A stretch of DNA of 64,000 nucleotides, from assembly GCA_964188305.1 (NCBI GenBank), contig OZ076902.1. One strand, 5' to 3'. Positions 52,001 to 60,598 of this stretch are shown here, piece by piece. Below the pieces are notes generated by a model. It was not told where the DNA came from. It made no database searches and saw nothing but the letters and a program-made list of their open reading frames with translations. The stretch is from Podarcis bocagei. Taxonomy: Eukaryota. The position numbers and the translations under genes were made by a program. Numbering within the stretch: position 1 is the first letter of the stretch; the number at the start of each line of letters is the position of its first letter.

Positions 52001-55000
52001 CCGTGTTGCTTGTATTTAAAGTTCTCTCTCTCTTTACATCTCTGTTCCCAGGTGACACGATGGCTTCCCGATCACCTGGCTGCACACTGTTACGGCTGCG
52101 ACAGTGCATTCTGGCTTGTCAGCAGGAAGCACCACTGCAGGTAATGCATGTAGGATGGATAGTGTGGGGTGCAGGTATGCTATTCTGCTGCCATGTCCTG
52201 GAGGGGCTCCTCTTTCTTTTAGCCTCTGGGCACTTTGCCTTTTATTTTTCCTTGATAAGATCACTCTCCCATGTCAGACCATAGAGCCACACACGGCAGT
52301 GTTATAGCAAGGGTAGACACACACTGCATAGCATTCTTCTTGCTGAGTCCACCATGGCCTGCGTCAGAAGGGCTTAGCTTTTGACAAGCTGTAAGAGTGT
52401 TATAAAGTTTGTCACACAGCCCACCTCCACACCTTAAAGTTAAAGTACTAGTATACCACTTTAAAGACTCCTGGCTTCTCCCAAATAATCATAGGAACTG
52501 TAATTTCTTAAGGGGCCAGAGAGTTGTTAGGAGGTCAGATTTCCCGGTGGCTTTGCACTGGGGCTTAAGTATGAATCTTAAACTTCCCACCAATGCACAG
52601 TTCATAGAATCCTGTGGAAACTTGGTCCCCAGATGGTGATTTGAGAAGAGGGACAGAACCCTTTTGCTTTACACCTGCAGTCTTGTATCCTGCCCTTCCT
52701 CCCAAAAATGCCCAAAGTTGCAAACATCAAAACATTAAAGCAATGCAATTTAAAATAAATTTTTAAAACACACATATAAAATAATTAAATGTAAAACATT
52801 TAAAAGCTGTCACTAAAGCTTAATTTCAAGTTTGCCATGGTCAGCATCTTTTAGCCATCAAATGCCTTGGGTAACCAGGAATGTGTTTCAGGGGAAAGTT
52901 AAAGTCAGTAATGAGGAAGACAGGCACATCTCACCCAAGAGGGCAATTCTGCAACTGGGGAACCACCACTGAGAAGGCCCTGTCATGGGTCAGCACCAGC
53001 CAGGTGGCAGTCGGGTATAGCGCTGCCAACAAGGCCTCCCTTTTAGTGTGTTTGCTTGTCTCAAACTTTCTCACTAACTTGTTTTGTTTTCAGTCAAGCA
53101 GCAGCACCAATACCCCCCCCCCTTTTAGAAAAATATTCCTGGGCTTACTCTGCCAGTTTAGCACCTGGCCCGTGCTCATCCTTTTACACTGCATTTTCTG
53201 CTTTGAGCAAATGTTTAAATCACCTCATAGACAGAGGTCCTCTGCTTTGTGCTGAAGTCTGTTAGAACAGGAGCTTTGGAGAATGTTGGAAATGTCCCAT
53301 TCAATTTCTTCATCTTCTAGCTGTGTCAAGACTTCTTAGCTGAGAAGGCTTCCAAAGAACAAGTAGGAGCCAATTTTGAGATTTGATCCATCTTGAGACA
53401 GTGTGTGCCATGTCCATTTCCTCAATAGTTAAATTGTGTTTCCCAGTCTGATTTCTGTGGCTCTCTTTATTTTATATTAAAATCAGAGGCATGTGCCTCA
53501 TATCTCTTCACCACCACCAACCCCCCCCCCCAACCACCATCACCACCACCAACAAAAAACCCAAACCAGTTTATTTTCTGCAATAAGAAATGATGTTTCT
53601 CAGTGGAGGCCATGCACTGTGTTTCTGCACGTGTTCTTGCCATGCCTACTGATTGGAGGAAGGTGGGTCCGAAGAAAGATACCATGCAGAGATGCAGCAG
53701 GGACAGCATCTTCCATTGCTGGGCCATTGTTGGGCTCGCAGGGGCCATTTAACTTCATTTCTCACAGCACACTAACATTTTTTATTTAAAACATAGCTGT
53801 ATATTACCTTCTCTCAGGCTAGCAGGAAAAGACAGTGGTCTCACCTTGCCATTTCTGGGGGAAAACCCACAAATCCTCTGATTTAGTCTCCCCTCTGAGC
53901 TTTTTCTCCCCTCCTTGCAGGGACCCTGACCGTGTTGATCAGACTTGGTGAGCATTTGGAACAGCCTCTGTTGTCTGCTTGCACTTCTCCAATAACCTCT
54001 TCAAACTAACCTTTGACTCCCTCCCCTGCACTCCTCTTGCCCATAAATCATTACACCAAAGACGAATGGTAGCAGCCCAGTTGGATATTGAGGTCTGTGG
54101 GCCTCTTTTCACGTTCTACTAATAAGACTTTTTGTTTCATACTGCATACTGCAACTTTGGCTAACATGCAAGTGGCTTATCTGCAATGAGTATTTCAATT
54201 ATAAGAGCAGGCAATTTCTGTGTATTGAGTGGTAGCATCCGGTTTGGTGGAGTGGAGACCCCCTGTATCGCTGCAGCTTACCAGCTAGAGCTGCAGCAAA
54301 GGCAATGTGTCCACCCTGCCCTGGCCCCATCCAGGTAAGCTGCAGTGACACCAGTGTCAGGAGGACAGCTCTAATCCTCCACACCTAACACCACTGGTAT
54401 ATAGAAACCAACACATTATTTTGGCCTTTTTCCGTTGAATTTGGTATTACAGAGAGCTGGCAGCTGTTGGGGAGTTCTTGAGCAGTACAGGGAGAGAACC
54501 TTACCAATCACTTCTGAAATAGCACAAGAGTGAAAAAAGCCTTAATTGTGGGCTAACGGGCACTGAGTGAGGGGCAAGGCAGCATGAGCATTAGGGTCTC
54601 CTCTGCTAGCCAGGTGGAGTCCCTGAGAAGGAACATGACTTTGACACTGAGGGCCAAGAGTCTGGCAAAAATCCTGAAATGCATATAAGAACCTGCTTAG
54701 GGACTAAGTGATCCCTTTGCGTGAGATTTGAACAGATATACCCAGGCAGAAAATTCCACAGATAGTCTCTCTTTTGCACAATGTCCAGGAGTTTCTCTTG
54801 AAAGGAAATATTTAGTCGTCTTTTGGCAGCTAGGTCGGGCTGTGAACCCTCACCCTTTCAGAATCTTCACTGTGAGGGCATTCGAATGGCTTTTTCATAG
54901 AGTGGTCTGTCTTCACTGCCTTGTTGTTTTCACTCCTGCTGTTCTCTCTGATAGCAGTGTCTATTGGAGTCCATAAGAAGACTTCCAAATCACCAGCCCA

Positions 55001-56217
55001 AGTCTAGCCCTGAGTGAGTGATATCTAGAGGTTGCTTTGCCATGCTAGAAATATGAAAGTTTGTGAGATGAAAAATGTTTCCCTTTGCCTGTTACATCGA
55101 CAGTTAACATAAAGAAAAACCACACCTGGCACGAACTCTTTATATAAAGCCAGTTGCCTCCTATCTCCCACTATTAAGCTACTGGAGAAGAGCAGATTAA
55201 ACCTGCTATGTTTGTTTATGCCAACCTCAAGGCACCTGTAGTGAGGTGCAAAACAATTCTTACCTAATGCTTGCCTATATCTGCAAGCCAAAGATTATGA
55301 ACCAGGGACCTTGTCCGCTTATGCTGCTCAGAGCTGCATTTGGGGGAAAGCAGGTTTGAGATCAGAAGTGGGGGGTTGTGGGGTTCTAGTTGCACGCAGG
55401 ACCCCATCCCTGCCCCAAGATGCATGTGCTGTTATGGCCCTGCTGTGGCTGACAACTGACAGATGTGTCAGCTGCTGCATTCCTCATTCACTCAGTATGT
55501 GGGCTGCATCTTTTCTGGCTGCTCACTGCGTGGCTTTGCATGGTCCCCATGGACTCACATTTTCTTTGTGCTGAAAGACAGTGTTGCTGTAGTTCCCTTG
55601 AGCTGCAGCTGGCTCACTTCTGGCTTATGTAGGAGTTGACTGGCTTGCCAGTCTTCAAGGCTCGATTCTAGTTAACTTCTTTTTGGGAAGCAACAGCCAG
55701 GAGCAGATGGAGACATAGCTGAAGTGTTCCATTGCACTGAAGATAGGCACAAAAGAAATTTGTGGCTCGGTTACAGGCTCTTTTCACCCCTCCAGATCAC
55801 CATTTCTGGGCTGGCATCATAGCAGACATCACCATCCCGTGGCGCTCTGAGCCACTGCAGCTTGCAGGGGGGAAAGAACTTAACCCTCTTCCACCCAAGC
55901 TGCTCTTTGGCAACTAGCCCAAAGGCTCTCTCCCCCCCTTAACCTTTTTCTGCAAGCACCAACTTAAGACATGTACTGTTGTGGAAACTACATTTCTGAG
56001 TTGCAAATTTACTGTAATTTCTTCTCTTCCTGTTCCTGACTGAAGGAATTGTGGGAATGTCTTTTGCTCCAGCTGCTGTAACCAGAAGGTGCCGGTCCCC
56101 AGTCAGCAGCTCTTCGAACCCAGCCGGGTCTGCAAATCCTGCTACAGCAGCTTACATCCCAGTAGCCCCAGCCTTGACCTCGAACTGGACAAACCTATTG
56201 CTGCCACCTCAAACTGA
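24105..56217 (+). CDS. MTMR3: Myotubularin-related protein 3 (PH-GRAM, PTP-type phosphoinositide 3-phosphatase, coiled coil, FYVE); spliced CDS of 1158 aa without and 1167 aa with the microexon
   Basis: 17 GT-AG coding exons join in frame. Translation gives MDEETQHSLECIQANQIFPRKQL..., catalytic HCSDGWDRT, FYVE RKHHCR/NCGNVFC and C-terminus LDKPIAATSN, all recognisable as MTMR3. Confidence 0.98.
25445..25534 (+). CDS. MTMR3: MTMR3 coding exon (DEETQHSLECIQANQIFPRKQLIREDENLQ)
   Basis: TTTTCAG| ... CAG|GTAGTC; 90 nt. Confidence 0.97.
26110..26391. mobile_element. Tc1-mariner/pogo (Tigger-like) MITE
   Basis: TIR (C/T)AGTCGTACCTTGGTTTTC / GAAAACCAAAGTACGACTG; TA TSD. Confidence 0.8.
26923..27039 (+). 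CDS. MTMR3: MTMR3 coding exon (VPFPELHGESTEY...KFKESIVN), PH-GRAM
   Basis: CAACAG| ... AAT|GTAAGT; 117 nt. Confidence 0.97.
29923..30110 (-). mobile_element. CR1-like LINE 3' fragment
   Basis: GCTGGATCAG...TAGTCCAGCATCCTG motif; opposite-orientation relative at ~25740-25900. Confidence 0.5.
32353..32435 (+). CDS. MTMR3: MTMR3 coding exon (VPLQLIESVECRDIFQLHLTCKDCKVIR)
   Basis: TCACAG| ... CAG|GTATGT; 83 nt. Confidence 0.97.
33368..33534 (+). CDS. MTMR3: MTMR3 coding exon (CQFSTFEQCQEW...GDLCRP)
   Basis: TTTACAG| ... CAG|GTATGA; 167 nt. Confidence 0.97.
34527..35013. mobile_element. Young hAT (Charlie-like) MITE with CpG-rich interior
   Basis: Perfect 15-bp TIR CAGTGTTTCCCAACC; perfect 8-bp TSD CCTTAGAC (34519-34526, 35014-35021). 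Confidence 0.92.
35523..36953 (+). mobile_element. Sauria SINE interrupted by a DNA transposon (SINE parts ~35523-35681 and 36772-36953)
   Basis: tRNA-like head GGTGGCGCTGTGGGTTAAACC...GGTTCGAATCCC, (ACCTTT)n tail, TSD TAATTTCTT; collinear with intact copy at 49666-50017. Confidence 0.9.
35682..36771 (-). mobile_element. Non-autonomous pogo/Tc2-type DNA transposon with transposase C-terminal remnant
   Basis: TIR C(T/C)GTATT(T/C)TTCGC(T/A)CCATTGGAC; TA duplicated; minus-strand KKCGISNALDG plus acidic tail. Confidence 0.85.
37030..37126 (+). CDS. MTMR3: MTMR3 coding exon (GEHVSSRFKNEVERMGF...NEKYK)
   Basis: TTGTAG| ... CAA|GTAAGT; 97 nt. Confidence 0.96.
37546..37941 (+). mobile_element. Tc1-mariner/pogo (Tigger-like) MITE with internal tandem palindromes
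   Basis: TIR CAGTGGTGCC(C/T)CGCAAGACGAA; TA TSD. Confidence 0.88.
38191..38304 (+). CDS. MTMR3: MTMR3 coding exon (LCSSYPQELIVP...RSWKRIPAVVYR)
   Basis: ACACAG| ... TAG|GTGAGG; 114 nt. Confidence 0.97.
39567..39772 (+). CDS. MTMR3: MTMR3 coding exon (HQGNGAVISRCGQPEVSWWGWRNADDE...LSDVEF)
   Basis: CTACAG| ... TTG|GTAAGT; 206 nt. Confidence 0.97.
40008..40637 (-). mobile_element. L2-clade LINE 3' fragment with (AAT)n tail
   Basis: ORF 40282-40659 encodes LDYCN...LQLIQNAAARLV...HITPVLKDLHWLPV, typical of L2 ORF2 C-terminus; (AAT)14 at 40008-40049. Confidence 0.88.
41076..41207 (+). CDS. MTMR3: MTMR3 coding exon (DSSISNASG...LILDARSYAAAVANRAKGGGCECP)
   Basis: CTTCAG| ... CAG|GTGAGT; 132 nt. 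Confidence 0.97.
42234..42479. mobile_element. Tc1-mariner/pogo (Tigger-like) MITE, sister of 17680-17926
   Basis: TIR CAGTGGTACCTCGGGTTA; TA TSD. Confidence 0.88.
43080..43191 (+). CDS. MTMR3: MTMR3 coding exon (EYYPNCEVVFMGMANIHSIRKSF...MPDPGN)
   Basis: TAACAG| ... AAA|GTGAGT; 112 nt. Confidence 0.97.
43958..44153 (+). CDS. MTMR3: MTMR3 catalytic exon, CX5R motif HCSDGWDRT at 44070-44096
   Basis: CTGCAG| ... GAG|GTTTGT; 196 nt; intact active-site Cys and Arg. Confidence 0.98.
44803..44988 (+). CDS. MTMR3: MTMR3 coding exon (GFQVLVEMEWLDFGHKF...FEFNEAFL)
   Basis: CCTCAG| ... CTT|GTGAGT; 186 nt. Confidence 0.97.
45324..45494 (+). CDS. MTMR3: MTMR3 coding exon (VKLVQHTYSCLFGTFLCN...YSSQSES)
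   Basis: ATATAG| ... TCT|GTATGT; 171 nt. Confidence 0.97.
46920..47065 (+). CDS. MTMR3: MTMR3 coding exon (VLYPVCHVRNLMLWSAVY...DQPLGR)
   Basis: TCTCAG| ... CAG|GTGAGC; 146 nt. Confidence 0.97.
47292..48687 (+). CDS. MTMR3: MTMR3 large exon (disordered linker plus coiled coil QQRLRQIESGHQQEVETLKKQVQEL)
   Basis: CTCAAG| ... GTG|GTAAGT; 1396 nt; matches ORF 47326-48696. Confidence 0.97.
49666..50017 (+). mobile_element. Full-length Sauria SINE
   Basis: tRNA-like head with B box GGTTCGAATCCC, conserved core, (ACCTTT)n tail. Confidence 0.9.
50216..50512. mobile_element. Older hAT (Charlie-like) MITE; relative at ~61441-61773
   Basis: 8-bp TSD TCCTAAGG on both sides; degenerate TIRs. Confidence 0.65.
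51381..51552. other. Assembly gap (172 N)
   Basis: Direct reading. Confidence 1.
51923..51974. repeat. (TTCC)n microsatellite upstream of the FYVE exon
   Basis: Direct reading. Confidence 0.92.
52052..52140 (+). CDS. MTMR3: MTMR3 FYVE N-half exon (VTRWLPDHLAAHCYGCDSAFWLVSRKHHCR)
   Basis: TCCCAG| ... CAG|GTAATG; 89 nt; WxxD and RKHHCR motifs. Confidence 0.97.
53921..53947 (+). CDS. MTMR3: MTMR3 alternative 27-nt microexon (inserts DPDRVDQTW into FYVE)
   Basis: Long polypyrimidine tract then TGCAG|GGACCCTGACCGTGTTGATCAGACTTG|GTGAGC; phase 2-2; near-identical to the recalled human isoform insert DTDRVDQTW. Confidence 0.9.
56046..56217 (+). CDS. MTMR3: MTMR3 last coding exon (NCGNVFCSSCC...RVCKSCY...DKPIAATSN*)
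   Basis: Polypyrimidine tract then CTGAAG|; TGA at 56215-56217. Confidence 0.97.
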
Positions 56218-58775
56218 GGCTCCAGCGTGGAAGGAAAGCTGGGAAGAGACAGCACCACCTCTCCCTGCTAAGCAGATACGCACATTTCTCTGCTGACTGA
56301 AGCTGGTAGGACTGGAGAGAAGCCTTGCACTCTGGAGTCGGGAGGAGAGATGCTCAGAGGGACAGGATGCTGGGCCTGTACTAGTGGAGCAGAAACCCCT
56401 CCTTTCCAGCTGTTCCTCCCAGTGTCATTTTCATCCACCTCATGTAAATTTTGTGTGGATTTTGCTGGAAGATGACGAAAAGAGGGTCTGGAATCTTCCC
56501 CGCTGGCATTTCTGTTGCCCTACTGTCTGAACTGTGCTGCAGACGGAGGATTCTACCTTGCTGTGAGAGGAAGGGAAATCGGTCCAGAGACCTTGTGAAT
56601 ACCTTGTAGCGTCGGTGCTTATGCTTTCTTTTTCCCCAGTCACTCCTGTTACTTCCCAACAGCAACCTGCTGTTTGGGAAGTTGTTGCTGCTAGAAGAAA
56701 TGGGAGCTGCCTTCTCAAAAAAAAAACCTCTCTCCCTCTCTGTTCTTAGAGTGGGCTTAGTTATCCTTGCTGCACGAAAGGGCAGGCGTGGCGGAAGGGG
56801 CGGCAGAATGGGTTGCAGATCTCCATGTTGGGCAGTCCTTTGCCGTTGTTGGCAGACTTGTGGCTCAAGGTAGGCAATGCCTGGACCACTTTGGCTAAAG
56901 AAAGTGTACGCTTGTTTGAGGGAAGTGAGAGGGAAGGGGGATTGGACAGACCATTCCTGTTCAGGGTTGTATTTTTAAACTGGCACCTCACTGTAAGACT
57001 CTTGTACATGCAATTTGTTTTGAAGGAACTGGTGTTTGGGCTTATTACTAGCTGTTAAAATGCTATCCTTGCCCCCACTTTTTTCTTCTTAAAAAAAGAT
57101 AGTTTACACAGAAGTCAGAGCTGCTTCGCTGCACTGGGAAGGCTGCATGCAAAGTCAAACAATACTGTTGGCCAGGCTCCCCCTCTCACAAGGAGAACCC
57201 CAAAGCAAATGGGGGGTGGCTTTGATTTGTTCGGGGTTTTTCTGCACAGGAGAGTCAGTGAAAACTGGTTTGCCAAGGCCCCCCAAACTAGGGCATTTTA
57301 ACAACTGCCCCCCCAAAAAAAGATATGTATGTAAAGATACAACTCATCTAAAATGAAAATGTGCCCCTTACATTAAAATCACTTTTCTACTGCTGTGCTA
57401 TGAATAGTCTTGAGTCCTCCTATTTTTATTTTAATATCGTCTTCCCAACCCAACCCTGCCAACAAAAAACACTTATAGGTTTTGGTTGGTGGGCGTGAAA
57501 ATACATTTTTTTCTGCAATTCATTTGCTAGGGGAAGCTGAAGCAGCTTCTGCCTAAATATTCCACCAAGAGTGACGTGCCTCTATATTCCTCTGCCCCAG
57601 CCTGTAGAATTTGACTACTGAACATGTTTCCCTTATCACACGGCTGCCACCACTTGAAACTGCCTCAGCTTGAGATGTCTTCCTCATGGCACAAGTTCGT
57701 AGGCAGCACTGATCTCCCTCTGGCTCTTACGCATTGTGGGCAACTGTACCCAAGCCAGCAACTGTGGGGAATGTGTGGCACTGCCAGTAAAGCCCTCCAA
57801 CCACACCAAGGGGGGCTGTGTATTAATAGCATGGAGGAAGAAGAGAGACTCCAGCAGCAGTGGTGTAATAAGCAAACCAATCTTCCAAAACGAGATTGCA
57901 AAGTTAGAAGTAACCTATTGCCAAGATAGGGCAATGCCTTCTAAAGTGAAGTTTTTGAGTGTATTGGAATACCCAATAGAAGAAAGCCCTGTCAGCAAAC
58001 TTTTCTTTCTTTCCATGTTCTCTGTGAAAAGGTGTGTGTGTTGATTACAACACAGTCATACAGGGGAAGCATTTGGGAATGAAAATCAAGTCTTTCCAAG
58101 AGGCATAGGAAGAGACTTTGCACCTTTTAAGGCAGCTTGGGGATGTACGAAGCTTCTTTGTACTCCTCCTTTCTTCCAGCTGGGAGAACGGGCAATACAA
58201 AGTCTGGCTCTAATTTGACTTTTGGATTTTTAATATAAAATTAAATGTTATGGGAGTATGCAGCAAAGATGCATAGCACTCTTTTTTTAAGAGGTGAGAA
58301 TTGCAATGGAGTAAATGGAGTTTATCAGTACTTATCCATTAAAGTGGGTGAATAGAGAGATGATTTTTGAAGGAAAAGCATAATTGTGTTGCGCACTGTG
58401 GCAGTGTGGTTTTAATGGTACAAATAGATGGTGAAAACAAGGTCTAATATTCTGCAGTTCATAACGACAGGTGCCAAGAGGTTCTGATACGGGTTTTTTG
58501 GGGGGGCGTGTCTGTGATGTACAGTGTGAATAAACGCTTGCAGCTCTTAGTCTTTTTGATCAATGAAGCACTTTTTTATTAATATTTTATTCTTTGTATG
58601 TAAAGCCGGACACTCGCGCCAGATAGCTGTGTATATATAATACTCTTCTCTCCTGAAGAGGAGCGCAAAGTTGCTCCTTTATATTTTTCAATTTTCTTTT
58701 GTCAAGAGCAAGACATAAATACTTTAGAATTGTTATATATATAAATAAAAGTGAATAAAGTTTAGAGTTTTGCAT
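56218..58775 (+). other. MTMR3: MTMR3 3' UTR (~2.5 kb; end approximate)
   Basis: No recognisable repeats after the stop; AATAAA at 58529-58534, 58744-58749 and 58754-58759. Confidence 0.7.
58744..58759 (+). terminator. Tandem polyadenylation signals of MTMR3
   Basis: AATAAAAGTGAATAAA in AU-rich context. Confidence 0.65.
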
Positions 58776-59187
58776 GGGAGCATTTGCTGACCCACTTCCT
58801 ACTTTTTTAACTGCCCCACCCTTCCGTAAGCTGGAGAAATGTGCTGCTACATCTTCCCTTTTTCCTTGTCACTGGTTTGGGCAGGGTGGTGGTGGCAACA
58901 ACAGCAGCGGTACAGAGCCTTGTTTGCCTTTGGAAGCAAGTTGACCTCTTGAGGGTTTTACTAGTATGAGATGCCCCTCCTCCTGTAAAAAAACTTTCAA
59001 AACCTTTTCATGTATATATGCGCACACACTGTGTTGTACCAAATGCACAAGCTATGAGAGACACCGGTGTACTACACAGCTACATCCCTCATTACTCACA
59101 CAAGAAGAGAACACTGCATCACCAATTGGGTATTCTGCTTGAGGTGTGTTCACTACCTCAGTGGCAGGCAGTCGGTAGGATCTACAG

Positions 59188-59321
59188 CAGCCTTTCTCAA
59201 CCTGTGGGTCCCCAGATGTTGTTGAACTACAACTCCCATCACCCCAGCTAGCAAGGCCAGAGCTCAGGGATGATGGGAGTTGTAGTCCAACATCTGGGGA
59301 CCCGCAGGTTGAGAACTGCTG
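59188..59321. mobile_element. Short palindromic hAT-type MITE between the convergent genes
   Basis: Same family as 8031-8163; 8-bp TSD ATCTACAG. Confidence 0.85.
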
Positions 59322-60341
59322 ATCTACAGCATTAAATAACTTTTCCTGCGCTCCCAGCTTACCATATAAATTTCCCAGTTTACCATATAAATCTGCTACA
59401 AATTTCTTTCTCCTTACTCCCTTTAAGCAGCCCAGCTAAGTATCCCACAATAAAACTAGAGTTCTTCCTAGCACTTTTCTTTCATCTGATCTGTTTTGGC
59501 AAGAATCTCCATGTTTATAGCCTTCTCTGTCATCCCCTCTGAGAGCTCCATCACACTCTCTGGAAAGACGTTCCTGTGTAAACCATTTTGCAAGTGGGTG
59601 AGACTTGATATGAACATTTGGTCTGTAGTCTTTGGTCTGTGTGCTGAGGCTACTTGGAGCTGCCGCTCCTTGGATTCCCTTGTGGTTCATTAGGAGCAGC
59701 TAACACCCATCTGGCTGGATAAATTGGCTTTCCATCTAATTAATTCCATGGATTTTCTTCTGAAACCACCTACAGCTTTTGGGGTTGCAGCCTAAGTGCT
59801 TGCAAATTGGAAAGGTTCCTAGGGCTTAAATGGGGTCTTTTTGGTTTGCAGCAGTTATATGGGCAAAGAAAAAGCCTTCAGAACTTACTAGTTGGGATGC
59901 ATACACACACACACACACACTGCTTTGTAACCTATATCATTTAGCCCTGTTACTATCTTTGTGTGTTGTTTCTTGATAAGTGTACCTGAAATGTAACTGG
60001 GAGCTAAGCATGTGTCCGATGGAGGAGCCACATTCCAAACTTTTTGACACAATGCCACTGTCCTTACAGGTCAGGCTTGGTTTGTATTCCATAATGAGCT
60101 AGAAGTTGGTTATGCTGAGAGGTCATAACATACCTGTATGTCATTAAGGTAGAGGCACAAAGAGTAACTTGGGGATCTGTTCAACTGTGATTTGCAGCCA
60201 TGGATTGCATCCAGACTTGGGCTCATACACTTCTTTCCATATCCTCATGGCTGTTAAAAATTAAGAACTGAAAAGAGTTGAATGCACACAGTTGAATGTA
60301 GTGTTTTGTGGCAAAGGCTGTTTGTTTCTCAAATTTCTACT

Positions 60342-60435
60342 TTTATTTACTGCAGTCTTTGCCAGCTTACTTCAGAATAAGCAATACCTTTTTTATTGTA
60401 TCAGAACTGTCTCTCTCCCCACTAACTTCTTTATT
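60342..60435 (-). terminator. Cluster of three polyadenylation signals for the minus-strand gene
   Basis: TTTATT (AATAAA on minus) at 60430-60435, 60392-60397 and 60342-60347, just after the stop. Confidence 0.6.
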
Positions 60436-60471
60436 CCAGGATAGTGCATGGCATCTCTTCTGCCTTCCTTC

Positions 60472-60598
60472 TTACAGTCTTCCTTTCAGAACTGGGTGTT
60501 TGTCATAAACCAAGGAAGTATCCAGAGAAGCTGCTCCAGTGCTATAAGACCCAGCTTTGTCTTCACTGTCCACAGGGCACATGTCTTGGTGACACCAT
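60472..60598 (-). CDS. ACAD-like last coding exon (WCHQDMCPV...KGRL*)
   Basis: CTCTTACAG| acceptor; TAA at 60472-60474. Confidence 0.82.
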
